DNA of 64,000 bases from the NCBI GenBank assembly GCA_015233335.1, contig JADFXX010000004.1:79237-143236 (forward strand), written 5' to 3'. The notes under the pieces are model-generated. The model was not told the origin of the DNA. It saw only the letters and a program-made list of their open reading frames with translations, and ran no database searches. The translations under genes were made by a program, and so were the position numbers. Positions 21,125 through 30,080 of the stretch are shown one piece after another. Numbering within the stretch: the stretch's first letter is position 1; each line of letters begins with the position of its first letter. This stretch comes from Candidatus Omnitrophota bacterium (lineage in GTDB: Bacteria > Omnitrophota > Gorgyraeia > Zapsychrales > Fredricksoniimonadaceae).

Positions 21125-21802
21125 TTAGGCAGGAATATGATAGCACTTCAAGTGGGATTGAAGCTTCCGGACGTCCAACTGCCCCAAAGCTGTGGGCTTA
21201 CGCAAAAATGTATACGTGTACAAGCTGCCTGCGGCCGGTAAGATAAGACGAGACACCGCGCCCAATGGCCCTAGGGAGATCGTGATCAAAGGATGTTTGC
21301 GATGCTGATGGGTAAAGGCGATCATATCCATCACATCATCCCAGCTTTTCGCGAAGGCCGCGATTTTGACAATATCCGCCTTGGCGCTAAGTGATTTTTT
21401 AAGGATAGAACCCAGATCTGTAGGCATAGTATCCAAATAATGGCTTGAGATCATGACCTTTTTGGCCATTTGATGAGCTTTTATTACGACCTGTTTTAAT
21501 AATGGAGAAGAGAATTCAATATCGATCATATCCACATGCGGCAAACCCTCTTCGATAATCCTCCATTTAAGACGATCAGAAAAAATTTTACGGGCCCCTT
21601 CTTTTTTCTGATTGCGTACGGTCAATAATAAAGGAATTTTTAAAAGCCTGCGGCGTCTCACTTGAGCGGCAACATAGGCCGGATCCAATTTTTTAAACAA
21701 ATCCGCGCGCAGCTCGAGCAAACCAACGCCCAAACTCTTGATTTGGGCGTTGGTTTCCTGGTCGGTAATAACAAGTGCGATACGTGAATTGATTTTTGAC
21801 AT
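21125..21802 (-). CDS. aroD: Type I 3-dehydroquinate dehydratase
   Basis: Motifs: [14 protein letters not shown] and the VKIAAF Lys motif. I chose the start at ATG 21802 (MSKINSR...). The longer track ORF extends into the inverted-repeat element. Confidence 0.8.
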   Translation of the reverse strand: MSKINSRIALVITDQETNAQIKSLGVGLLELRADLFKKLDPAYVAAQVRRRRLLKIPLLLTVRNQKKEGARKIFSDRLKWRIIEEGLPHVDMIDIEFSSPLLKQVVIKAHQMAKKVMISSHYLDTMPTDLGSILKKSLSAKADIVKIAAFAKSWDDVMDMIAFTHQHRKHPLITISLGPLGAVSRLILPAAGSLYTYTFLRKPTALGQLDVRKLQSHLKCYHIPA

Positions 21803-21834
21803 TCCAGTTAGAGCTCGATCCATTAGTGCGGATG

Positions 21835-21993
21835 AACAGCTATTATGTCTTCGGCACATTAAGGAATTTTTTGCCAAAAGTCTTCTTAATTTTACGGCAA
21901 GAATGTTCCAAATAAAGAGAATCTTTAGAACATTGTTGCCGTAAATTTAAGAAGACGGCAAAAATATTCCCTGCCGAAGACATAATAGCTGTT
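21835..21993. repeat. Nested inverted-repeat (long-hairpin, MITE-like) element, copy A
   Basis: 22-bp perfect terminal inverted repeats: AACAGCTATTATGTCTTCGGCA at 21835-21856 and its complement at 21972-21993. Inner arms also pair. The element is colinear with copy B at 29615-29793, in the opposite orientation, at roughly 80 percent identity. Confidence 0.8.
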
Positions 21994-22002
21994 TATCCCT
22001 CA

Positions 22003-23604
22003 CTAGATAACAGCTTCCGCTTCTTTGGCCGCCATGTCTAAAAACGACTTGATACGGCGAGAACGGGTCGGGTGGCGCAATTTGCGCAAGGCCTTGGATT
22101 CAATCTGGCGCACACGTTCGCGGGTGACGTTAAATTCCGCCCCCACCTCTTCCAAGGTACGGCTGGTGCCGTCCATGATACCGAAGCGCAATTCCAAAAT
22201 TTTACGTTCACGGTCATCCAAAGTCGATAGCACCGAGGTGATCTCTTCCTTGAGCATAGAATGCAAGGTCGCATTCGCCGGTGACACCGCCTTTTTATCT
22301 TCGATAAAATCCCCGAAGTGGGTGTCCCCTTCATCGCCGATAGGCGTCTGCAAGGAGATCGGCACTTGGGAGATCTTCAAGATCTCCTTGACCTTGACGA
22401 CTGGCAGGCGCATTTCCTTGGCGATTTCCTGGGCGGAAGGCTCACGGCCGTACTCCTGCACAAAGACGCGCGAGACCCTGATAATTTTATTGATCGTCTC
22501 GGTCATGTGCACCGGAATACGGATGGTGCGTGCCTGGTCCGCGATAGAACGCGTAATGGCCTGTCTGATCCACCAGGTGGCATAGGTCGAAAATTTATAC
22601 CCGCGTTTATATTCAAATTTTTCAACGGCACGGATCAAGCCCATATTGCCTTCCTGGATCAGATCCAAAAAAGACAGACCGCGGTTGATATATTTCTTTG
22701 CAATGGAGACGACCAATCGTAAATTCGCCTCGACCAACAATTTCTTGGCCTTATTAAAACGGGATTGCCGGGTCTTGATCTCCCGCAGCTGCTCCTTGAC
22801 CTTCTCGACGGGCTCACCTAATTCCTTTTGCAAAGCAATGAGCTGTCTTTTAAATTCAGGTGCATTGGCCGGTTTTTTCTTGACCTTCAGGTGTCTTTCA
22901 ACACGTTCGATGTTGGCAATAAGATCGCTGATCTTAAGGACAATTTCCTCGTTGATCGTTGAAGTCAGCTTGAATTCCGCGATCGATTTAGCGGAAATAT
23001 CAGAGCCCACTCTTGTATGCCGCACATGCTCAAGGATATGGGCCAGGTCCTTCATCAGGCGGCCGCGACGTTCCAATTCATCCTTGATCACATCTTCCGC
23101 ATTGATCTCATCGCGCAAAACCTGATTGATAATGCTCAATGCTTCCTTGCGTGCGTAGTAGGTCTTGAACAAGGCCTCCGCGAACCGCAATTCCGCCTCC
23201 TCAATACGTTTGGCCAAAGAGATTTCTTCTTCACGGGTCAACAAGGGAATAGACCCCATCTGTTTGAGATACATTTTAACCGGATCATCCAAGGGGATGA
23301 ACTTATCGGAATAAACATCATCCTCCTTGTTTTCCTCGCGCAGGCGCCGCACCTGCTGTTCTCGGCTTTCTTCCACCGCGTCCTCTATGACGGGGGCCTC
23401 TTCGCCGGTATCGACGACCTTGATGTCCTGGCCGTCGAGCACATCAAACACCTGGTCGATGTCTTCGGAAGAATCGATGGCATCGGACAAAGTTTCGTTG
23501 ACGTCCTCATAGGTCAAAAAGCCTTTCTTTTTGCCGAGGGTCACCAACTTGTCCAAATCTCCCTGCAGATCTTTAGGATCTTTTTCTTTGACAGGTTCTT
23601 TCAT
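22003..23604 (-). CDS. rpoD: RNA polymerase sigma factor RpoD (sigma-70)
   Basis: 533 aa with regions 1.2 to 4. Motifs: [38 protein letters not shown] and [20 protein letters not shown]. Confidence 0.95.
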   Translation of the reverse strand: MKEPVKEKDPKDLQGDLDKLVTLGKKKGFLTYEDVNETLSDAIDSSEDIDQVFDVLDGQDIKVVDTGEEAPVIEDAVEESREQQVRRLREENKEDDVYSDKFIPLDDPVKMYLKQMGSIPLLTREEEISLAKRIEEAELRFAEALFKTYYARKEALSIINQVLRDEINAEDVIKDELERRGRLMKDLAHILEHVRHTRVGSDISAKSIAEFKLTSTINEEIVLKISDLIANIERVERHLKVKKKPANAPEFKRQLIALQKELGEPVEKVKEQLREIKTRQSRFNKAKKLLVEANLRLVVSIAKKYINRGLSFLDLIQEGNMGLIRAVEKFEYKRGYKFSTYATWWIRQAITRSIADQARTIRIPVHMTETINKIIRVSRVFVQEYGREPSAQEIAKEMRLPVVKVKEILKISQVPISLQTPIGDEGDTHFGDFIEDKKAVSPANATLHSMLKEEITSVLSTLDDRERKILELRFGIMDGTSRTLEEVGAEFNVTRERVRQIESKALRKLRHPTRSRRIKSFLDMAAKEAEAVI

Positions 23605-23619
23605 AATGTCCTCATTTGA

Positions 23620-25392
23620 TCAACTGGTTTTAAGCGACTGATTAAACTGCTCGCGAAGCTCTTCCAATTTCTGGCCATCCCCCTCGGCCTCAGCTTGGCG
23701 GATGGCTTGCAACAATTGCCCCCGGATTTTCTTTTGTCTTTCCTTCTGGATCTTTCCGATACAATCCTGAAAAACCCGGGCCGCATCAGTTAACTTGCCC
23801 TCTTCCATGCTAATTAAACGGGTGACCAAACTCTGGGCCGGCTCATTATTTAAAAGCATCAACAGATCGTTGATCGACCACTCTCTTTGCTGAGAGGCCA
23901 CCTCCCAAATTCCCTGCACCACCTGACGCATCTGTCCATCTGAAAAATCTTCGGGGCTGACGGCCTCACCTGCGGCTTTGACCCACGCCGCATCCTTTAA
24001 AAACAACGCCAGCAATAATTCTTCCGTATTGACGCTCGAAGCTGATCCCTTGGCCCTATCCTCGGGACTTTTGCCAGGCACCTGTCGATTCACGCTGGCC
24101 GGTGCCTGTTTAAACAATACCGACTCCGGGACGCTCAAAAGACGGGCGAGCTGCCGGGTCAATTCATACTTGGCCACTTCATTCTTAAACCGTCCGATGG
24201 TCAGAAGCAATTCCTGACTGATCTTAGATTTGCCCTCAACCGTTGCCAGGCCATATTGCCCCTTAAGCCAATTGAATTTAAAATCCAAAATGGACTGAGC
24301 GTCCTTAATACGCGCCCTGAAGGCCTCAAGGCCTTGCTGGCGTATGAACGAATCAGGGTCCTCATCTTGGGCCAAAGTCGCCACACGCACGTTCATACCT
24401 TCATCGATCAACAGATCAAGACTGCGCACAATGGCCGATTGGCCGGCGGCATCAGTATCAAAGAGCATCACAACATTCGACGTATAGCGGCGGATCAATC
24501 TGACCTGTTCGCTTGTTAAAGCCGTGCCTAAAGAGGCCGCAATATTTTCGATCCCATGGGTGTAAGGCATGATCATATCCATATAGCCTTCCACTACGAT
24601 CATTTGATCCAATTTCCCCGCCGCGAGTTTAGTCAACTGCAGGCCAAACATATGCTGGCCTTTAGTATAGAGTACGGTCTCGGGAGAGTTGATATACTTG
24701 GCGCCGTCAGACTCTTCCATTGTGCGGGCCCCAAAAGCGAGGGGACGGTTTTGAATATCAAAGATCGGAAAAATGATCCGGTTACGAAATCGGTCGTAAT
24801 GCCCGTTTTTACCCTCGCGGGCAATGATGAGCCCCGCTTTTTGCATCAACTCTTCGCTGATCCCTTTGGATCTCAAATGTTTTAAAAGAGCGTCCCACTC
24901 ATTGGGGGCGAACCCCAATTGGAATTTCTTGACTGTTTCCAAATCGACCCCCCGGCCTTTAAGATAATCCCGGGCCAAACCCGCGTCGGCTTGCCGGTGG
25001 GTCAACAAAACATCATGAAAAAAAAGAGCTGCCAGTGTATTAACTTTGACAATCTCCTCGCGCAACTGGCGTGAGGGATTAGGCGCATCCGAGGCGTCTT
25101 GGGGGACCGCGATCCCTGCTTTATTGGCCAAAAACCGAACGGCCTCGGGAAACTCCAAATGTTCCTGGCGCATGAGAAAACCAACCGCATTACCTCCCAC
25201 ACCGCAGCCGAAACAATGAAAGATCTGCTTGTCGGGATTGACCACGAACGAAGGCGTTTTCTCATGATGAAAAGGACAAAGAGCTTTAAAATTGCGACCG
25301 GCCTTTTTTAAGGCCGTATAATTGCCGATGATCTCAACAATATCCGAACGTTCAATAACCTGATGAATGACATCATTGGGGATCAATCCCAT
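23620..25392 (-). CDS. dnaG: DNA primase DnaG
   Basis: Zinc ribbon CPFHHEKTPSF...HCFGCG and TOPRIM EGYMD...DTD. The ATG at 25392 (MGLIPNDVI) is preferred over the track's TTG at 25407. Confidence 0.92.
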   Translation of the reverse strand: MGLIPNDVIHQVIERSDIVEIIGNYTALKKAGRNFKALCPFHHEKTPSFVVNPDKQIFHCFGCGVGGNAVGFLMRQEHLEFPEAVRFLANKAGIAVPQDASDAPNPSRQLREEIVKVNTLAALFFHDVLLTHRQADAGLARDYLKGRGVDLETVKKFQLGFAPNEWDALLKHLRSKGISEELMQKAGLIIAREGKNGHYDRFRNRIIFPIFDIQNRPLAFGARTMEESDGAKYINSPETVLYTKGQHMFGLQLTKLAAGKLDQMIVVEGYMDMIMPYTHGIENIAASLGTALTSEQVRLIRRYTSNVVMLFDTDAAGQSAIVRSLDLLIDEGMNVRVATLAQDEDPDSFIRQQGLEAFRARIKDAQSILDFKFNWLKGQYGLATVEGKSKISQELLLTIGRFKNEVAKYELTRQLARLLSVPESVLFKQAPASVNRQVPGKSPEDRAKGSASSVNTEELLLALFLKDAAWVKAAGEAVSPEDFSDGQMRQVVQGIWEVASQQREWSINDLLMLLNNEPAQSLVTRLISMEEGKLTDAARVFQDCIGKIQKERQKKIRGQLLQAIRQAEAEGDGQKLEELREQFNQSLKTS

Positions 25393-25410
25393 AAAACTTA
25401 CATCCAAAAA

Positions 25411-25986
25411 CTATTTTCTACTTTCAGGGTGTAAAACTAAAGCGGCAGCCGTGTTATAGTGCTGACCTGCCCAAAGCTTGTCCACCAAGTTATTAAACAA
25501 AACGCTATATGTGCCTACTGCCGCCCGTCCGGCAATTTTATAGCTATAAGAATGCAAGGTCATGCGTGTCACAGGGCCGTTATTGACCAACAAAACCATG
25601 AATATCATAAGACTGCAAAGCAAGATACCGCGTCCAACCGCTAAAATCCCCGCCGCGTATTTATCAAACCCTTCATGAGTCGTTTCTATCTTAAATAAGG
25701 CCAAGACCCCATCCCGGATGAACTTAAAAACAACACTCACAGCAAGCCAAAGAAGCCCCAATATCACAATCTGCCAAAATCCGCCGGAAAAGGCGGTCTT
25801 TTTTGCCAGCCAAGCGGCAAATACAGCATAATAATGAAGACTGACAAAGACCGCGATAACAACGCCTAAAGCCTTAAAAAACTCGGTAATAAAGCCGTTT
25901 TTAACTCCGATATAAATGACTCGCAATAAGAAAAAAGCTAAAGCAATGTCAAGCCAGTTAATGCTTTTAATGAGATGTGTCAACAT
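25411..25986 (-). CDS. cvpA: CvpA family membrane protein
   Basis: About 191 aa from the ATG at 25986. NWLDIALAFFLLRVIYIGVKNGFI is a CvpA-like N-terminus, and there are 4 TM helices. Confidence 0.7.
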   Translation of the reverse strand: MLTHLIKSINWLDIALAFFLLRVIYIGVKNGFITEFFKALGVVIAVFVSLHYYAVFAAWLAKKTAFSGGFWQIVILGLLWLAVSVVFKFIRDGVLALFKIETTHEGFDKYAAGILAVGRGILLCSLMIFMVLLVNNGPVTRMTLHSYSYKIAGRAAVGTYSVLFNNLVDKLWAGQHYNTAAALVLHPESRK

Positions 25987-26155
25987 AATTATGCCTACGA
26001 TGTAAGGGGAAGTATAACATGTGACTATACGGCTGTCAAGAAAGCGCTTACCGCTAGCCCATAACACAAAATATTGAAAACAAATGAGTTATAATCAAGC
26101 AAAAACAAACCCGGTTCTATTTAATAATTAAAACCGCAACATAAGCAGAATGTGT

Positions 26156-29100
26156 TTAAACCGCGGCCGGGACAGCCATAGAAGGCTCAAGACGAACAGA
26201 TGCTTGAGGTGGCTGGGGCTTGTATTCATTGAATTTAACGGACACAATGCGGGACACTCCGCGTTCCTGCATGGTCACGCCATACATAATGTCGGCCGCG
26301 GCCATGGTATTTTTATTGTGAGTAATAACGATAAACTGGGCTATTTTAGCAAACTCTTTAAGCAGGAGTGCGAAGCGGTCCACGTTGGATTCATCCAAAG
26401 CCGCATCAATTTCGTCCAAGACGCAAAAAGGACTGGGATTGACTTTAAATACCCCGAAAATGAGGGCGATCGCGGTCAAGGTCTTTTCCCCGCCGGAAAG
26501 CAGGCTGATGTTTTGTAATTTCTTGCCCGGAGGTCTGGCCACAATATCAATACCGCACTCCAGAGCATTATCAGGGTCAAGCAAAACCAGCTGGGCTTCC
26601 CCTCCCCCAAAAAGCATACGGAAGTAGATCTTAAATTCTTCATTGACCCGGGTGAAAGTATCAGTGAACATCTGACGGGTAGTGCGGTTGATTTTCTGGA
26701 TAGTTGATAAAAGCTGTTCACGGGCCGTCAATAAATCGCTTTGCTGTTTAGTCAAAAACTCATAGCGGCCTTTGAGTTCTTCAAATTCTTCGATCGCCAC
26801 CAGATTGACCGCTCCGTAAGATTCGCAGCGTTTTTTCAACCGTTCGATTTCCAGGGCCAGCTCTTCGGTGTTCAGTTGGGGTTCAAAAGCTTGCTCGACG
26901 ATCGGTTCGGTTCCCTGGGTTGCTTTCACATTCAGAGCTATTTCGCTTGGCAGCGGGCTTGAGGACACGTTCCCTTCGGGAACATGTCCCCGGGTTAGCG
27001 GCACTGCTTCATTTTGTATTTGATCTAGATCTATCCTGTAGGCCTGCATCAGGCGGTCTTTGAGGGATCTTTGGTTAAACTGCACTTCCTGCTGGCGCAT
27101 CTGCTGATTATGCATGTCTCCTTTGACCCGTACTATTTCATCCTCGATACCGCGTATGCCGTTGTGCAATGAATTCAGGTGCCGGGACATTTCTTCTTTT
27201 TTAGCTGTATGGTCGTTTAAAATCATGCCTAAAGATTCTTTTTTCTCCCGCAGCTGTAGGATGATCTGCCCCAACAAAACAATATCTTCCCTGACCTTAA
27301 CTTTTTTAGCTTCTAGTTCACGGTTTTCCGACTCAAAGCGCGCAATGTCTGCCAGATCGCGGTCAAGATTTTGGGAATGCAGCAGCAGATGATCTTCATA
27401 ACCTTTGCGTTTATCAGAAAGGGCGGAATTTTCAGCTTCTAATTGCGCGATGGTCACATTCAATTCCGACCTCTCTTGGATCTTGGCGGCAATGCTCTCC
27501 TGCTTGAATTTAATGTCCTCCTGGCAACGTGTGATCTGTCCGCTAATACCATCCAAATTCAGGGTAAGCTCGTTTTCCTGGACCTTCAAGGAGGCCAGCA
27601 GGTTTTCCACTTCCCCAAATTCACCCGTAAGCACATCCAGTTCACCCACCAATTTCCCGTTGACCTGCTCAAAATCACTTTTCTGGGCCTCAAGGACCGA
27701 GAGCTTCTTTTCCTGCTGCTGAATATTTTTAAGAACTTCCTCAATTAAGCCCGTTTGCTCCCTGATGCTCTGGTTTAAATGAGTGCGGGCCTCGAGCGCT
27801 TGTTCTAATTTTCTGTTGATCTGATCAACGCGGTCTTCTAAGTACTGCAAATCCAATTCCACATATTTAGTTTCATAAGTGATCTCATACAGTTCGGGGG
27901 ACTCTTCTGTGGCAGGAATGACCCGGACATCCTTGATCTTGCCGATAATGCCGGTCTGTTTGGCGCTTGGGGCAACCTTGGCAATAAAGCGGCCTTCCAC
28001 GACAGGGTCAGGGATATCCTGGTATTGCACCTGCATTTTCTGAATAAATTCCTTTTGGGACAAAAGGAAAACGTGATTTTTTTCTAAGTCGTCCACCAAG
28101 GCTTCCTGAACAAAAAATCGGCTTTGGGTCTCCTGTAAAGAATGTCGACGTTGACTGCAATCCGCCTCTAGTTGTTGTACTTGGTACTTCGTCTGCCCCA
28201 AGGCAGAATCAAGGGCTTCACAACGCTCTGCCACCTGCACCTTTTCATTCTTGATCTTGGAATTTTCATGTTCCAGACGGGTTTTTCGCCCCAGGGTCTC
28301 AAGCGTTGCCTTCATGTTTTCCGTTAACCGGTTTTTAAAGGCCACCTGCTGGCCATGAAGGCCCAACATTTCTCCTTCCACCTGATCAATAGACGCTTTA
28401 GCTTGGTTGATCGCGTGCATTAATACACCCAGTTCAACATGCTTTTGCTGCAGTTGCTCCTGAAAAGCTGACAGGTTTTCATCCAGACGCGTGATATTTT
28501 CCTTGACCTCTTCAATTTTAGCCTGATGCACACCGCAACGGCTGAGGCTTGCCGCCTTGTCTGTTTCCAGACGCTGGCAGGTCTCATCCATATTTTGCAA
28601 GCGCTCTTCATTAAAAGAAATCTGGCGGGTATTAATGACCGCTTCGTTTTCTAAATGGATATCTTTGGCTTTAAGCTCATTGATGCGGTCTTCAATTTCT
28701 TGAAGCTGTTCGTTTTCCCCGCTGATCCGGTTATTCAAGTCTTCCAACTGCCTGGTCAATTCCGTTTCCTGGATCTGCAAAGCCCTGACGGCCGCCGCGA
28801 TCTCTTCCCCCTCATCATTCAGACGCGTCATCTGCTGGCGGGCATAAAACAGCTCATAATTCTTCAGGACCTCAAATTCCTCCTTATAACGCTGGGCTTT
28901 TTTGGCCTGGCGTTCAATGGAGCCGATCTGACGCTTAACCTCGACGACAATATCATTAATACGCAGCAAATTGCCCTGCGTATCTTCCAGTTTATTTAAA
29001 GCTTCTTTCTTTTTGCTTTTGTATTTTGTGATCCCAGCGGCCTCATCAAAGATCTGGCGGCGGTCATCCGGTTTTGCCGAAACCACCAAGTCGACCTTGC

Positions 29101-29530
29101 CCTGCTGGATCAAGGAATACGCTTCAGCACCGACGCCGGTCCCTAAAAAGAGCTCCACCACGTCTTTTAAGCGGCAGACATTTTTATTGAGCAGATATTC
29201 GCTTTCGCCCGAGCGAAAAAGACGGCGGGTGACGATGACTTCATCGCAGTCAAGAGGCAGGATCCTTGATTCATTAGAAAAGGTAAGGCTGACTTCCGCG
29301 AACCCCAAGGGGGCTTTCTGGTCGGTGCCGTTGAAGATGACATCTTCCATCGATGAGCCGCGCAATTCCTTGACGCTTTGCTCACCTAAAACCCAGCGGA
29401 TGGCATCGAATACATTGCTTTTGCCGCAGCCGTTGGGGCCAACGATGGCAGAAATGCCGGGCTGGAATTCAAGCACGGTCTTCTGGGCAAACGACTTGAA
29501 CCCGAATATTTCCAACTTTCTGAAATACAT
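26156..29530 (-). CDS. smc: Chromosome segregation protein SMC
   Basis: 1124 aa. Walker A is GPNGCGKSN. Long coiled coils follow, then a C-terminal LSGGEKTLTAIALIF plus LDEIDAALD. Confidence 0.93.
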   Translation of the reverse strand: MYFRKLEIFGFKSFAQKTVLEFQPGISAIVGPNGCGKSNVFDAIRWVLGEQSVKELRGSSMEDVIFNGTDQKAPLGFAEVSLTFSNESRILPLDCDEVIVTRRLFRSGESEYLLNKNVCRLKDVVELFLGTGVGAEAYSLIQQGKVDLVVSAKPDDRRQIFDEAAGITKYKSKKKEALNKLEDTQGNLLRINDIVVEVKRQIGSIERQAKKAQRYKEEFEVLKNYELFYARQQMTRLNDEGEEIAAAVRALQIQETELTRQLEDLNNRISGENEQLQEIEDRINELKAKDIHLENEAVINTRQISFNEERLQNMDETCQRLETDKAASLSRCGVHQAKIEEVKENITRLDENLSAFQEQLQQKHVELGVLMHAINQAKASIDQVEGEMLGLHGQQVAFKNRLTENMKATLETLGRKTRLEHENSKIKNEKVQVAERCEALDSALGQTKYQVQQLEADCSQRRHSLQETQSRFFVQEALVDDLEKNHVFLLSQKEFIQKMQVQYQDIPDPVVEGRFIAKVAPSAKQTGIIGKIKDVRVIPATEESPELYEITYETKYVELDLQYLEDRVDQINRKLEQALEARTHLNQSIREQTGLIEEVLKNIQQQEKKLSVLEAQKSDFEQVNGKLVGELDVLTGEFGEVENLLASLKVQENELTLNLDGISGQITRCQEDIKFKQESIAAKIQERSELNVTIAQLEAENSALSDKRKGYEDHLLLHSQNLDRDLADIARFESENRELEAKKVKVREDIVLLGQIILQLREKKESLGMILNDHTAKKEEMSRHLNSLHNGIRGIEDEIVRVKGDMHNQQMRQQEVQFNQRSLKDRLMQAYRIDLDQIQNEAVPLTRGHVPEGNVSSSPLPSEIALNVKATQGTEPIVEQAFEPQLNTEELALEIERLKKRCESYGAVNLVAIEEFEELKGRYEFLTKQQSDLLTAREQLLSTIQKINRTTRQMFTDTFTRVNEEFKIYFRMLFGGGEAQLVLLDPDNALECGIDIVARPPGKKLQNISLLSGGEKTLTAIALIFGVFKVNPSPFCVLDEIDAALDESNVDRFALLLKEFAKIAQFIVITHNKNTMAAADIMYGVTMQERGVSRIVSVKFNEYKPQPPQASVRLEPSMAVPAAV

Positions 29531-29614
29531 ATCATTACTTTATAACAACTGACAAGAGAGTCAACGAGGATTTCAATTATTTTTACGACATATAAATCCA
29601 TGAATTTCCTGTAA

Positions 29615-29793
29615 GGTAAGGATGAATAGTTATTATGTATTCGGCACGGAATATTTTTGCCGTCCGCTTCGGTTTACAACAAAAATGTTCTAAAGATTCT
29701 CTCTATTTGGAACATTTTTGTTGTAAAGCCTCGCGGACATTTGGCAAAAAATTCCCGAATGTGCCGAATACATAATAACTATTCATCCTTACC
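29615..29793. repeat. Nested inverted-repeat (long-hairpin, MITE-like) element, copy B
   Basis: 33-bp perfect terminal inverted repeats: GGTAAGGATGAATAGTTATTATGTATTCGGCAC at 29615-29647 and its complement at 29761-29793. The inner arms TTTACAACAAAAATGTTC / GAACATTTTTGTTGTAAA flank a 19-nt loop, TAAAGATTCTCTCTATTTG. Confidence 0.85.
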
Positions 29794-29831
29794 GCTCACT
29801 TATAATCCTTGCAATATTACGCCGGCTCAGT

Positions 29832-30062
29832 CGCAGGGATAGGGTTGTTCTTTTCAACTCACTGTCATTTTTAGCCAAAAATTTTTTGTTTTTTCGGCCC
29901 CCCCTTGCTGAGCAAAAAACAGGGGATCTAGGATGTCTGAACTTGTTTGAGCTCTTTATTTCCAGAGAAATAAAGAGCGAGTTGTTCAGACACCCAAAAA
30001 ATAATAAATTTTTGACGTTAAGAAAATGACCGTGAGTTGAAAAGAACAACCCTATCCCTGCG
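29832..30062. repeat. Second, unrelated inverted-repeat element (MITE-like, non-coding)
   Basis: 31-bp perfect terminal inverted repeats: CGCAGGGATAGGGTTGTTCTTTTCAACTCAC at 29832-29862 and its complement at 30032-30062. They extend to about 40 bp with one mismatch. There is an internal second hairpin, TGTCTGAAC...GTTCAGACA. Confidence 0.8.
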
Positions 30063-30080
30063 GCCTGATCGTGAATATGA

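Noticed and set aside
21803-21877. N-terminal 25 codons of the track ORF for aroD.
   Set aside because: This stretch lies largely inside the arm of repeat copy A and has no RBS. The internal ATG at 21802 gives a normal-length AroD.
23017-23619. 200-aa plus-strand ORF antisense to rpoD. Similar long antisense ORFs occur at 22025..22585, 28971..29552, 50562..51092, 20487..20996, 45853..46350, 14417..14938 and 9950..10414.
   Set aside because: Each lies entirely inside a strongly supported minus-strand gene with recognisable motifs. Their translations are low-complexity (Ser/Arg/Leu/Pro-rich) with no motifs. This is typical of shadow ORFs.
29657-30049. Track ORFs 29657..29842 (+) and 29789..30049 (-) in the smc/GH1 gap.
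   Set aside because: Both are composed of the inverted-repeat elements. They have no RBS and no recognisable protein features, and the two arms of a palindrome produce open frames on both strands.
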